From Octopus vulgaris (taxonomy: Eukaryota): 64,000 nucleotides of DNA. The notes beneath the pieces are model-generated. The model saw only the letters and a list, made by a program, of their open reading frames with translations. It searched no databases and was not told the DNA's origin. The DNA lies in assembly GCA_951406725.2 (NCBI GenBank), contig OX597833.1, positions 71,672,001 to 71,736,000 of the forward strand. The letters run 5' to 3'. Position numbers and translations under genes: made by a program. Below are positions 50,346 through 63,216 of the stretch, piece by piece. Within the stretch, counting starts at the first letter, position 1. Each line of letters begins with the position of its first letter.

Positions 50346-52328
50346 TATGTTATAAAGTTAATAAAAAGATTACGGACTTTGTCGTATTACTTCTTACAAA
50401 TAACGGATAAGAACCTTAGCATGTTCTAACACTCTGAAGTTCAGACTTTGAGGGGAAAGGATGCGCGTTGTGTATTAGGAAAATTAAGTTATGCAGCTAT
50501 GCCTATGATACCTTTAGCTAGAAGGTGGTCCCTTAAACTGAGCCTAAGTAATTTTTGCAAGTGCACCCGCATCTGCGTGTATCTATGGCCATATGTTTTT
50601 AGCAGAACTGCAAAGAGGTTTTACAGTTTTGGTGTTTTGAATTAACTGCTTCCACCAATTGTTACTTTGATTGTTACATTGATCATAATTTTGTAACGTT
50701 TCTCACCCGAAACATGCTCCCCTGTTTGTAGCATACACAGGACCAACCATTGTTTGAAGCTGGTGAAATGATTTTGATACCCTGACTTCATGTAAGACTT
50801 TAGAATGGAAGTTTACAGAATTGAAAAGATATTTAAAATGGTTTCAAGGTGAGAATACCTAGGCCACCGTTGGTGACGTGGGTTTTTAGTTATCTTAGCG
50901 ACATAAGGTATTTCACTGTATGCTCCACGTGGTGGAGTAGACAGGATGTTGGCGTCTGTTAGATGGCATTCTGTTGTAGAATGTGAAGACATTGGAAAGA
51001 TCGTTTGAGCTCTCTTTATTCCGCTGTTGCTGTTTCCCGACTTATTGCTTCTGTAGAACAGAATCAGAAATGATGTAACATGCCATTTCTAGCTGTCCAT
51101 CCCTCTCACTTCACCAATGCATCTGTGTCTCTCTGCTGTCAACTATAAATTCAACCAAACTTGAGACACACAAAGGAGCATCAAAATTCAGGATATTCAC
51201 TCAGCACTTTGTCGTAAATGAATACAGATGAAACGATGCGGTGTATTAAAAACGTTCAAGCATTCTAAATATCCTGGCATTTTCTAACTCACCTGAGAAA
51301 CTCACAACAAACACACAGGTGCCGCAATACAATTTTTTTGGTCTTGATTATGTAACAACATTTTGTGTGTGTGTGTTTTTGCGGTCACGTACCGAGCTAA
51401 TGTTTCACACTGTAGCACTGAAACCGGTTTGTAGCCTCAACAAAGAACTTGTAAATTCAATTTTAACATCTTCAATACAGAGAACGAATCAAGAATAACG
51501 AAAAGAAAACATCATAATCTGAAATAACTATGGTCAAAAAAGACAGGGGAGACAACTTGGAAGTGGTGTGTGATTTTCGTCAACCTGGACGCAACATTGA
51601 TTTTTCTTCTACTGAGGGACATAGGAAAGGGACGAAGGGGAACGAGGATTTTTTTGAGGGGTTCCTTGTAATAAATAAACGTTTTTATTCAAACAGAAGG
51701 ACCGAGATTTATAATGAATTGGAAAAATGGGAGGTTGTGACATTGAAATATTTTCGAAGACCGTGAACGACTTTAGGTGCAATGAAATGGTTCCAGAACT
51801 GTGAAATCCACCCGTGACTACCCTCGTCCTTTCACCACCATCACCACCATTACAATAAAGAATGCTACCACCAACATCGTAACAAGAACAACAACAGTGA
51901 CAAACAATATCCCTGACATTACACAAACTCTTATAAATATCTTATAAATATCTCGATGTCTGGAGGAGAGGGAAGACGATACGACGTCGGTGGCGGTGGT
52001 ATTTCAGGTATTTAGTAGTGGTGGTGGTGGTGGTAGTATTTCAGGTATTTTCGGGGAAGAGGTCAGAAAGGGTCAGACTGGATTAATTAAAAGACAAAGA
52101 AGTCAGTCAGGATGGCAAGATAAGGGACATTGCTAAACAAACTATCTTGCTGGCTAAAACAGCCTTACCTTCTGCTATGTTTTACGATTTTGCACAAAAA
52201 CAAAATGTCAGGGTTTCTCCCGCTTTTCTGTAATCTTTTAGTTTTTACATTCTTTTGAACAATTTTTTTCTCAGATTTAAAGTTTTTAACCTCTGAGATT
52301 ATGCTTCTTCAAAATTATGCAAAACACA

Positions 52329-52706
52329 TCTTTATATATAAAAGTCAAGTTGTGTGTCTGTCCCCTTCGATTTAGATTCCTAACTACTCCCACATTTTGC
52401 GGAGTATCTTATAGTCGTGATTCATATCGAGCCCTTCTGGTTATTAGCGCTCGTCTACGATGAGTCTACGATTTTTAAAATAATTTACCATCATTTTTTC
52501 CCATTTTAATGCATTTTTTCGCTATTATATAAGAGAAGTAACTCTCTAAAAATGTCTACGATGAGTCAACGATTTAAAAAAAAATTTACCATCATTTTTT
52601 TTCCCATTTTTAATGCATTTTTTGCTAGTTTTTGGCTATAACTCTCTAAAAATGCTTTGTAGTTATTTCCCTTACAAACCCGAGCAACGCCGGGCGATAC
52701 TGCTAG
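52329..52706 (+). mobile_element. Non-autonomous Helitron, same family as 7133-7427, with an internal ~100-bp duplication
   Basis: A|TC ... cccgagcaacgccggg ... CTAG|T; gtctacgatgagtc..aactctctaaaaatg occurs twice. Confidence 0.85.
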
Positions 52707-55700
52707 TATGTAATAAAAGCGAATAAAAAAAAAGGGGTGGATCCAAAATTGCTAGCTATTATTTCCCCCTTAAAACAGATTTGAAATGTAAGATACTTAA
52801 AACATTTTCCGAACAAATGACGGGGTTTTGGTGTGTTGGATAATTTCTGACTCTATTCTATGGGAAATGCAGAGAATTATTCAGAAAATACGACAGCATG
52901 TCTACATGACGAAACAGAAGTTGATGGAATTGTATAGATAGGTGTAGGCATTTGAGGAAGGTATGAGAAGCAAGGGATTCAAACATTGCAGGACCGATCG
53001 GAATCCCTGTGTATTGCAGCATAGGTTTATTAAAAGCGATCTGGCGATGGATTGACGGAATCCGGAGAGCATCTAAAGAAATCTCTTTACGTTTTGAGTT
53101 CAAATCCCGCCGACTTCAATTTCGCCTTTCACCCTTTTCAGACATTGTGCCTGTGTCAGAAACAGCAATCTTTCGGTATTGGTACACGACGTCAATCACC
53201 CACACAACTTCCCTTCATGACAGATAAAGAGGCTAGACTGAAAAACAGGGTGAATGACATCGTCTCCTCACAACGACACTCTGGAGACCAATACCGAAGG
53301 GTTGCCGAGATTATATACCTAGGACTACACAATCTAAATTGTCCTTTCCTTTTTATTTAAGGCAGCAAGGCGTAATCTGAAGGAGATTTGGCTATTGTTT
53401 CTAGCATGTTGAACTACCACATAAAGGCTCTGTTGTTGGTTCAACCCTTCAACATAGTTTGTAGCTTATCCCCAGGTTTTGCCTTCTTAGTTGAGCATGA
53501 CCTATAATAATCAAGGCATTGCATCCAGCCCATCTCTTTATGTAGGCAATGTGTCCTTCTTTTCTGAAGTCGGTAGGGTGTAGTTTGTAGGAGTTGTGCT
53601 GTAGTTTCTAGTATGATGACCGGCCACAAAAGAGACAACCTCAACGCCTCGTTAGCGAGGAATAACGGATGAAAGGCTTCGAGCTGTCATTCCGGTTCAC
53701 AATAATGAGCAACCGATCGTCACCCTCCTGTCCGACTTAACACCCCAGTGAGTGTATATAAATAAACCTAAATGTGCACAGTTCACAGTCAGCGGTGATG
53801 GAAATGAATCGGGTGGGTTTGGGGTGTCGACATATTTCTCAATTTTCTGTGCGAGTGAAGATAGATTTTATTAGCTAAACGTCCCGTTCCGAAACTGAAA
53901 TCTAATCAATTCCGCCTGCAAACAGTTTTCACAAAGCTTTCAACATTTTATCGTACAGAAAAGCTGTCTCCAGCCTTCACCAACACTTTCGTTATTTACT
54001 TTATTAAAATGAGTCAACAAGACTGTTTTCAAATATATTTCATTACAGTTCAAACGATTACACAAACTCGATCGAATCGAAGACGGAGCCTCAACGCGGT
54101 CGTTTCGATCTGCTAGAAATAAATCATATCAAATCACATCCTTTCACAATAAAAGAAATAAAGAAGTTTTGCTCACTGCGACCGTCCTGGGGCCTAACAG
54201 AATCGAGCTTTTGCTTTCTTTACTTTGTCTTTTTTTTCTTTGCACTTAACATTAAAAATATGTTTTTTTGTGGTGGATTTTTGTTTCATTATTTGGAAAA
54301 AAAAAAAAGTTGCCTTTTCATTTCCTTCCGGAACGATGAAAAGAAGCGAAAACAAACCACACTGAAAGAGCTGCCAAAATTCCATAGAATGTGGCCAGTC
54401 TTTTTCAGATCGTTAATTCCCTCTTTCTACTAATTGTCTTCACTAATCAAATTATAATTTAATTATTTACAAGTTTAAATATTTATTCAAATGGTTAGGA
54501 AAACAAATCACGTGCAATCTTGACTTGTTACTCAGACATAAAGTTGATTTCGGTGATTATGTAACGAGTCTTTTTGTTGAGCCACACAGCCCAACCCTGA
54601 CCAAGCAGGTCTATGACCAACGGCATTCCAACTGTGACCATTCCGTCTTGTTTCTTTTTTTTAGACAGTGTATTTGTTATTTGAGATACTTTATTCCATT
54701 TGTTTCTTTAAAAAAATAACAATGGGTGTGACTTGAGAGTTATTTAGCTGCGATTTCTAGCAGAACGAGAGACCACATAAAAACTTCCCCGTTGGCCAGA
54801 TGTTGTTGCTTTACTAGTTTAAGATGAAAGGACGCGAGTTCATAGAAAATTGACAGCTAATTCTAGTGGGTCGAGTTGGTTCGAAAGGTTAAAAAAAAAG
54901 AATTATTTATTTATATACGCAGAGGTCCACATGTTTGAAGTGATAAGAAATAAGATTTTGTTCGCTGTCACCCTTTGTAAACCTCTCCCATATCACACAG
55001 CTTAGGTAAACTTGTACAACTCGTGGACATTTCACGCTTTGTAAATGTCATTCTGTTTCGATCCAGAACTCCGTCGATTTTCACTCCTAACATTGTTTCA
55101 CAGGATTAAGCAGTTTCGATTTATGTCTTCGACTGAGTCGACATTGTTAAAAGCGAAACACTCGAATACAAATCCTGACAATACCATTTAAACGCGGCGT
55201 TAACTGGATATCGAAATCGGTTCACTTACTCTGCTCCACGGGAAATTTTCAGCATTCGATGTTATAAAGGGGTTCACGAAATGTTACACATTCCCCCTAT
55301 CGACTCCCTTATGTGGTTGCTCCACCTATTAAGGGCAGATCTATCACGATCGTATTGGACAAAGTCATCTCTTATATAACTAAAAAGGCGTGATAGTCAT
55401 GGCTAGAATGCCTTTGGTCCGAGCTCTTCTCCATGTGGACTAACATTTCTTCTTTCCTATGTTATTGTTAACATAATGAAGTTAATATCACAGATGTAAT
55501 TAGGAATATTAATGCAGCAATGTAAAGACAGAATTAGTTTGAGAAACCCGGGCAGGTTTCGGTCGGGATTCCTCAACGGAGCACAAACTTCACAGCGTTT
55601 AACAGGCAAAGTCTCGAATTTGTGATTGAATCAGGGATAAGTATTTCATGCAACAACATTTGGTTAAATATTGTTGTTGCTGATTAACGTTCTATCCCTT

Positions 55701-56139
55701 GATGTCCACAGGATCTTTGATCAAAAAAGCCTTCCAACAGTGACCACCGTCCTTTCTAAGAACAAGAAGGTTTCTAATTTTCGACGGCTGGGTGTGACCA
55801 CATCCAATTGTTATTTCTAATAGGTTCTCAATCACGGCTAACCCAAAGAAGGGCCGGCCAGATATAGCAGCCAAACTCCTTCTTCACATCTCTACTGTCA
55901 TCAAGAAGTCACACGAGACATTGTAGTCCTAGATGTCCCTAAAAAACAGAACGATCAATGCCTTTAATCATAGATATACTCAATCACATGGCTGACCTGG
56001 GGATAGCAACAACCATGGCAATACAGACGTTTAACTCCAGATCGGTCCCTACAGAACCGACATGATTAAAAGCGTTCTGACTATGACCAACCCGTTTTTT
56101 TTTCTTCATTCAAATATAGTCATTGCTATCTTAAGGCTT

Positions 56140-56455
56140 GGGTACACAAGGTAGATGCCCGGGTCCCCGCAGGCAGTGCTGTCTTAAGGCATAACCACAC
56201 TGGACGGTTACCCGAGGACCTCACGGATCTAGGGATCCAATTCTGATATACTGCATGTTGTGGCTTGCTATCGATAAATACTTTAGGGCTCTGTGCATTG
56301 ATTTGCCTGGGGCCTATGATGCCCCAAAGGCAGCCCTGCCCATACGTCTAGGGGCTCGATATTAATTCCATATATAGTGTGGTTTACTGTCAATAAATGA
56401 ATATTAGAAACCGCAGTGCATGGCCTTGAAGACTCTGGTGTTAAGACGGCCCTGA
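56140..56455. mobile_element. Nested degraded hAT-like MITEs (CAGGGCCGTCTTAA-type ends)
   Basis: Left-end-like cagtgctgtcttaag (56174) and cattgctatcttaag (56140); right-end-like aaggcagccctg (56338) and ttaagacggccctg (56454). Confidence 0.5.
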
Positions 56456-57028
56456 ATAGAGTCTATTTAGGACTGCTTCGTTCAGCACGTCCCTCCTTTT
56501 GCGATAATAACGTGTGAGTATGGGAGAATTGGTTGCTACATCTAGCAGATCGAGGGATCGTGCAGAAGCTTTGTCGGGTCGTTTACCTTTGTATTTGATA
56601 ACAGTATCAGGAAGTACAAAGACACAGGCATTGTTGATAATAGCAACATGGGTTGTAGTGTAGCGCAAATATAACCCGTAACAGGTTTCATAATAAACAT
56701 AAGGCCTCAACCGAGAAAGGGAAAAGCAAATTCCTCTGCCTCTCGTCCAAAGAGGAACAAGAAACTCGGAGCGAATGAGGCTTAGCGAAAGTTTTAGCAT
56801 GAAACGAATGAAAAATGAATCTCAGCGAATGACACCAGATACTTTCTAAGAGTTTCCTGATGTAAACATATTTCGTTTCCTCACAGGAATTCTGGTTTCA
56901 TCATCGCTGGGCGAGTCTGGTGGAATCACCATTAGATTGGATCAAACAATGCCATCTTTATCCAATCTTTTAAAAAAATAATAATTCTATACTTTATAAG
57001 ATTACGGTTTGTTTCTTGGTAGAAAATT

Positions 57029-57136
57029 GGGCGGAGGTAAAGAATACGCACACCACCCGTTTTCGGCGTAATCCTAATCCTAACCCTAATCCTAAACGCC
57101 GAAAACGAATGGTGTGCGTATTCTTTACCTTCGCCG
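57029..57136. mobile_element. 108-bp hairpin MITE with a telomere-like loop and a 6-bp flanking direct repeat
   Basis: 40-bp arms (ggcg.aggtaaagaatacgcacacca..cgttttcggcg), loop taatcctaatcctaaccctaatcctaa, AAAATT at 57023-57028 and 57137-57142. Confidence 0.8.
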
Positions 57137-57618
57137 AAAATTTAATAACATTCACGTTTGAGTTTTCTTTTGAGTTTTTAACCGCAAAACGAAAGATCGT
57201 TTGTTTTTGGACGAATTAAAACAGTAATTAAATTTAATATGTGTGTGTGTGCGCGGGTGCGGTAAAACTAAAATCTATGTTAGTAGCATAAAAATCACCA
57301 GTTGTTTGTTGTGACTTCTCAGGGTTTTCGTTTATTTTCTGATGGTATGGTCAAGGACCTCAACAGACTTTCTAACCCTTCTTCTTTCTCGAAGTCAAAT
57401 CTGAACATTTTACGCCAAAATATTTTAATAACTACCCAAGAGAAAGAGAGAGAGAGAGACAGAGAAAGACCCACTTCTAGTTATTATTACGATAGAGACG
57501 TAAGTCTATTATAATTTATACTAACATTCACGTTATATTAAGCATCTGCGTGTCGGCCTTTAAAGTGGAGCGACTTTAAAGTTTAGAAATGGGATCAATA
57601 ATTAAAAAGAACACTTAC

Positions 57619-58005
57619 CAAGAGATTGAAAGCCCCAGTCGACGGACGAAGGTTCAAATATATATATTATAGGGAGAGAAGATGAATTATATAAATAAGG
57701 AGTGAGTGGTGAGTGTTGTGGTATCCAGAAGAGATAAACTAGATATTAATCACTAGAAATGGTCTTCGGCTTCTACTTTGCGAGGAGAGACAACAATTAA
57801 CTCTGTGAAGGGGAGGAGGAGGCAATGGGAAATACGGTGGTGGTGGTGGCGGTAGGACTTGCGCTGCCCCCCCTCTCTCTTCAACTCTTTCCTGTCTGTT
57901 TTATTTTCATATCCCCCCTTCCCACTTTTTCTTCTTTCTCTCATTTTTTCTTCTCTCTATCTTCTCATGTCCCCCGCCTCCCGTTGTCTTTCCTTCTCCT
58001 CTACG

Positions 58006-58045
<40 letters not shown>

Positions 58046-58169
58046 CAGGATTCTCATTTCTTCTTTCTTTCTTTCTTCTGTGTTCTCTCTCTCTCTCTTT
58101 CTGCCTCTCCCTCGATCCTGCTGCCCTCTCCTTCTTCTTCTCCTTCTTCTTCTTCATTTCTCCTTCATT

Positions 58170-58203
<34 letters not shown>

Positions 58204-58290
58204 ATATATTTTCTCTTCGCTCCGTTCGTGTCACTCAGTTTATTTGTCTGCATTCTTTCTCAATTTTTTCCTTTCTCCGAGTACACGCGC
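57619..58290 (-). other. Candidate non-coding (5'UTR) first exon of the membrane-protein gene
   Basis: Strong minus-strand donor TTG|GTAAGTGT at 57619/57618, preceded by a GA-rich, CpG-containing stretch. No ATG in frame with the 30401 start before an upstream stop. The 30.3 kb exon has an acceptor, so an upstream exon is expected. The 5' boundary is a guess. Confidence 0.4.
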
Positions 58291-58352
58291 GCACACACCA
58301 CATACACACACACATACAGGCATACATACACGACATACACACACTTACACAC

Positions 58353-58395
<43 letters not shown>

Positions 58396-58650
58396 CATAC
58401 ATACATGCATACATACATATATATATATATTTATATATATATACATACATACATACACACACGACATACACACTTACATACATACATACATACCTACACA
58501 CACATAAATACATACACACACGCGCACACGACATACATACACACACAACATACATATACACATACACACACACACATATATATATATATATACACACATA
58601 CATGCACACACACATATACATGCATGCATACACACACCCACATTTGACAC
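58281..58650. repeat. Compound (CA)/(TACA)/(TA) microsatellite
   Basis: Directly visible. Confidence 0.95.
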
Positions 58651-58654
58651 ACAT

Positions 58655-58900
58655 ATACCTCCCCCGTACCTTAAAATTTTCTCCTCCTTTCCACTCTCCC
58701 CCACTTTCCTCCCTCCATAAAGGACTCCCGCCACCGCCGCCGCCACCCCTCCCCTTTCTTTACCGAGTCCGGACAGAGCGGGACCAGATGACTGAATCAT
58801 TTGTGTTTTCATTGGCCAGAAAGAGAGCAGAACGGCTTCGATGGGACGCAGGATATTCGAGTCGGCTAAATTTAGAGAGAATGTCGGTAGTATCGGGGTG
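58655..58900 (-). promoter_or_regulatory. Candidate proximal promoter
   Basis: GC-box-like ccgccaccgccgccgccacccctcccc (~58728-58753), CCAAT on the minus strand (ATTGG 58811-58815), CpG-rich, upstream of the candidate exon. Confidence 0.3.
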
Positions 58901-59132
58901 GATGTTCGGGTATTATTTGAAGAGAGAGAGAGAGAGAGAGGGAGGGAGGAGCTGAGACAGATAAGTAAGGATAGGGAGAGAGAGAGAAGGGGACACGCAG
59001 AGCTAAAATGTTACGAAGGAAGAAGACTACCAAGTGAGACATTAAGTTTGTGACATTTAAACTTATTTCTTCGTCGAAAGCATTAATTCTCTCAACTGGT
59101 GTCCATAGAAGATTTGTGCGAATTTATCTACA

Positions 59133-59697
59133 TTGCTGTGTGGTAAGAAACTTGCTTCCTAACCACATAGTTCAGGGTTCAGTCCCACTGCGTGGCACCT
59201 TGGGCAAGTGTCTTCTACTATAGCCTCCGGATGATCAAAGCCTTGTCAGTGGATTTGGTAGGCGGAAACTGATAGAAGCCTGTCGTATATATACTTATGT
59301 ATATATATTTATGTATGTTTGTTTTTGTGTCTGTGTTTGTACCCCCACCATCGCTTGACAGCCGATGTTGGTGTGTTTATGTCTCCGAAACTTAGCGGTT
59401 CAGCGAAAGAAGCCGATAGAATAAATGTGAGTGGATTCGGTAGACGGAAACTGAAAGAAGCCCTTCATTTATATATAAATATGTATGCGTGTGTGTGTAT
59501 GTTTGTGTGTCTGTGTTTGTCCTCCCCATTATCGCTTAACAACCGATGTTGGTGTGTTTACATCCCATCGGCAAAAGTGACCGACGGAATAAGTACTAGG
59601 CTTACAAAGAATAAGTCCTGGGGTCGATTTGCTCGACCAAAGGTGGTGCTCCAGCATGGCCACAGTCAAATGACTGAAACGAATAAAAGAATAAAAA
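59133..59697 (+). mobile_element. Family-1 CORE-type SINE with an internal duplication
   Basis: Homologous to 33422-33820; the gtggatt.ggtag.cggaaactga..gaagcc...gtgtgttta segment occurs twice. Confidence 0.85.
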
Positions 59698-59944
59698 AGC
59701 ATATAGGTTAAACAAAGGTTTTATTTCTATGAAAGCAAGCGTCAGAATCAGAGCGGGACATTTCCTGGCTGGCGGAGACTCGGTGCTGAGGAGGACAGCA
59801 CGGTGAGTTTCGCGTTAACTTGGACTTCGAGTTTCGCATTACGGTTGACTAAACCGTTTGGTGGAACCTGAAATTCCATTCAACACGAATTTTATCAGTT
59901 TTATGTATGCATCATGCATGAGTACACACACACACACACATGAT

Positions 59945-60340
59945 GATAACAGCATCTTAACAAACGATTGCCGTCTCTTCTTGTGTCTCCATTGTCATCC
60001 GTTGCTTGTCCGTGACTTCGTAGATGACTTTTTAGACCACCTGAAGATCTGCACGGTTTATGACACGAGTGAGAGACGAAAGTTGTGCTTTCCACGGCAG
60101 CATTGATGGGATCGCTTTGTGGGATACAAACACTTTGCACCTTTTCGTGTCCTTTGAGTCCGGAGTTTCATCTCCAGGCTTCACCGCATATCACGAAAGG
60201 TTGTCTCGCTCGGTCTTTGGGGAATAATGCTACAAGTGGTTGTTCTTTCGTGCGACTTCAGGTGATTAACAGAACCAGTCTTCAAAAGGAATACAGTTGA
60301 CCGAATTCGCCTGTCCAGCAATTGATGTTTTTTTTCGTCG
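59945..60340 (-). mobile_element. RTE-type LINE 3' fragment with a C-terminal zinc finger
   Basis: Minus peptide SCHKPCRSSGGLKSHLRSHG followed by a short tail ending near (CAT)n. Confidence 0.6.
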
Positions 60341-60399
60341 AGATTGTGAGCATTACCTTCCCATAGTTGGCACTTGAGTTATTCAGGTCCTGGACGGTA

Positions 60400-60860
60400 T
60401 TCTAATGGGGCCCTCGATGCGTTTGGCTTCCCCTCGCAACTGGAGCCAGTAGGTTTTGATCTCGAGAACAGTAAGCACCCTGACGGAATAACTCTCTTCC
60501 CATACAAAGGAGGCAGATCCCTAATCTGGGACGCGACGTGCTGCGACACGTTCTCCGGCTCCAACCTCCCTGCATTGGCCGCAAACCCGCGTTTCGGGCC
60601 CGCAATGAAGAGGAGCAGAAGATTGACAAATACATGAGCTTGACTGACCGCTATTAGTTTGTGCCACTCTCCACCGAGACCTCAAATATTCTCGGACCCC
60701 GCTCTGCCAATTTCCTTCGCAAAATCAGGCTAACTGTGGTCCATCTGATAAATGAGCCCCAAGAGGCGAGTTGGCCACTGCAGTGAGTGTCTCTGGTCAT
60801 TCTTCACAGAAATGCCCTAGCAATTATGTCTGCGAGGCCCCATTTGTTCTGAAGGGTACA
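60400..60860 (+). mobile_element. CRE-like (restriction-like endonuclease) non-LTR retrotransposon remnant
   Basis: LEPVGFDLENSKHPDGITLFPYKGGRSLIWDATCCDTF matches the EP.G....GKRPDG.TL.PW..G..L.WD.T..DT motif; frameshifted KY..L..FVPLSTET follows. Confidence 0.7.
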
Positions 60861-61146
60861 ATCCATTACGCCGACCACCACCATCTTCGGCTGCCTAACC
60901 CCTCCTTCTGCCCCTGTTTCCTTGGTGAATTAGCTACGAGTTATTTTTTTCTCGATAATTTGAATTTTTATAACTTTTAATGTCTTTTCTTTCTTTTTTT
61001 CCTGTAAAATTTTGGTAGTAAATTGGTTTCTACTGTAAAAAAAAAAAAAGAAAAATGGGTCGGAGGGGCTGTTCCAGAGCGCCTCCCTCGCCATCCTCCC
61101 AGGCAACCTTTTTTTTCCATTTTACCTTTGCCCACATAATACAGTA

Positions 61147-61264
61147 GATGAATTAATTGCATCGCAATTTTTAACATTTATGTATTAGCTTTGTTGGGTA
61201 CTTCTCTAGCAGTATATTGGATATATGTTATCCCATGGAGGGTTGAATTTACAACCCCTATCTC

Positions 61265-61266
<2 letters not shown>
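61147..61266 (+). repeat. (TA)n-abutting dispersed repeat (copy of 1806-1925)
   Basis: Reverse-complement match to 1806-1925. Confidence 0.75.
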
Positions 61267-61319
<53 letters not shown>

Positions 61320-61333
61320 AGAGAGAGAGAGAT

Positions 61334-62200
61334 TAGGTGCGTTCAAAAAATATCTGATTTTTTTCCTGCCAAGCTAATGCCGCGTGTGCAAAATCCTTTG
61401 GGTGGGAGGCGACTCCAACCTTCCCGTGCATGCATGAAAACCTTCGCGCCGGTAGACCGCGTCAGTTCCTGGCTGTTGCGCCGAGAGTAGAGACGTGTAG
61501 TGCGCGCTCTTCGGATCTTCGTTTTCACAGAACGCATCAAGCAGAGATGCTGCATCAAGTTTTGCCAAAGCTCAAATTATCCATAAGATTCAACAATCCT
61601 TTGGCGATGATGCCACGAGCAGCGAATCTCAGATTAAAGAGTGGTACAACCGCTTCAAACCTGGTCGCATTTCAGGGGAGAGCAAGGCACGCTCTGGCAG
61701 ACGAAAAGCGGAGCCGATTGAGAAGGTTCGGAGAATAGTCATGGAGGACCATCGTGTAACTATCCAGAAAATTGCTCACGAAATGGTAATAGGCACATGG
61801 ATCAGTGCTTCCCATTTTAATGGAGGATTTGTACATGTGGAGAGTGTTGGCAAAATTCATGCCCGAGGTGCTGGCAGAGCAGCAGAAGCAACTTTGCATG
61901 GGAATCGGTGAGGACATGTCGGATGGAGCAAACCATGAGCCAGTTTTGATGAAGACCAACCTCACAGGGGATGAGAGATGGGTCTATGGTCTATGCTCAA
62001 TGCGTTTGGTCATCTTGCAGGAAAACGAAAATCCAATATGCACACAACACATCTGTACACTGGGCATAACAGCCGGGAAGTAACGGCGGCCTACCGATGC
62101 GAAAATTCTTAGACTTTTGGAAGAAGGGTGGCATCACCTACCACCCAAACATTAGTTTTGGCGGGAAAAATAAGGCCGGATACTTTTTGAATGCACCTCG
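61334..62200 (+). mobile_element. Mariner-type derivative bounded by two inverted 5' ends
   Basis: TIR-like ggtgc.ttcaaaaa.tatc at both ends; transposase remnants QRCCIKFC, IKEWYNRFK, RVLAKFMP and TGDERWVYG. 61990-62200 is an inverted, diverged copy of 61334-61548. Confidence 0.8.
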
Positions 62201-62274
<74 letters not shown>

Positions 62275-62289
62275 ATAAAGATATTATTA

Positions 62290-62686
62290 TACTCTTTTAC
62301 TCTTTTACTTGTTTCAGTCATTTGACTGCGGCCATGCTGGAGCACCGCCTTCAGTCGAGCAAGTCGACCCCGGGACTTATTCTTTTTGTAAGCCCAGTAC
62401 TTATTCTATCGGTCTCTTTTTGCCGAACCGCTAAGTAACGGGGACATAAACACACCAGCATCGGTTGTCAAGCAATGCTAGGGAGACAAACACATACACA
62501 CAAGCACAAACACGCATATATATACGACGGGCTTCTTTCAGTTTCCGTCTACCAAATCCACTCACAAGGCTTTGGTCGGCCTGAGACTATAGTAGAAGAC
62601 ACTTGCCCAAGGTGTCAAGAAGTGGACTGAACCCGGAACCATGTGGTTGGTTAGCAAGCTACTTACCACACAGCCACTCCTGCGCC
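62290..62686 (-). mobile_element. Full-length family-1 CORE-type SINE with a probable TSD
   Basis: Reverse complement of 33422-33820; tgttgtataaagat at 62269-62282 and 62691-62704. Confidence 0.9.
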
Positions 62687-63130
62687 TTTATGTTGTATAA
62701 AGATTAAATTTAAGATAACATTTAAGATTATCAAAAATGATGTCATAAGCAAAATACATAAAACGTGCATATATACCACTTTTCGACATTAAAAAGGCAA
62801 GATTGCATAGAATCAGTTTAATATTCATTCATGTACTTAATTATTTACTAATTAGGTGGTTTCTATAAAGACTGCTCTGGGAATTTACTTATGGAATAAC
62901 TGGGAAGATATAAAAAATGCCATCTATATATTAATTATAAGCTAAGAATCAGAAATAATAAAAGTTGTGTACATACACACACACATATTTAACTATGTGC
63001 ACACACGCAAACATACACAAATATTTATACGTTATTATGGATATATTATAATCAACTTTTGCTCTATTACAGTATTTGAGTAAAATTATATTAATGTGTC
63101 CAACTGATTAAAATTCTATTTATTTATTTG

Positions 63131-63216
63131 TGCAACTGAGGATAGCCCTGCATTTAAATTGATGTAATGATTGCATTGTTCAATTAAATGGAGTCGCTTG
63201 AAACGGTCGTACTGCA
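63131..63216 (+). ncRNA. Solo minimal hammerhead ribozyme motif (intact core)
   Basis: tgcaa-CTGAGGA(63136-63142)-t-agc..catttaa.ttga...tcaattaaatg..gct-t-GAAA(63200-63203)-cggtcg-TA-ctgca; short tail, then (TG)n. Confidence 0.65.

Noticed and set aside
57825-58955. 376-aa and overlapping long ORFs
   Set aside because: Stop-free frames produced by CT/CA/TA microsatellites; low-complexity translation.
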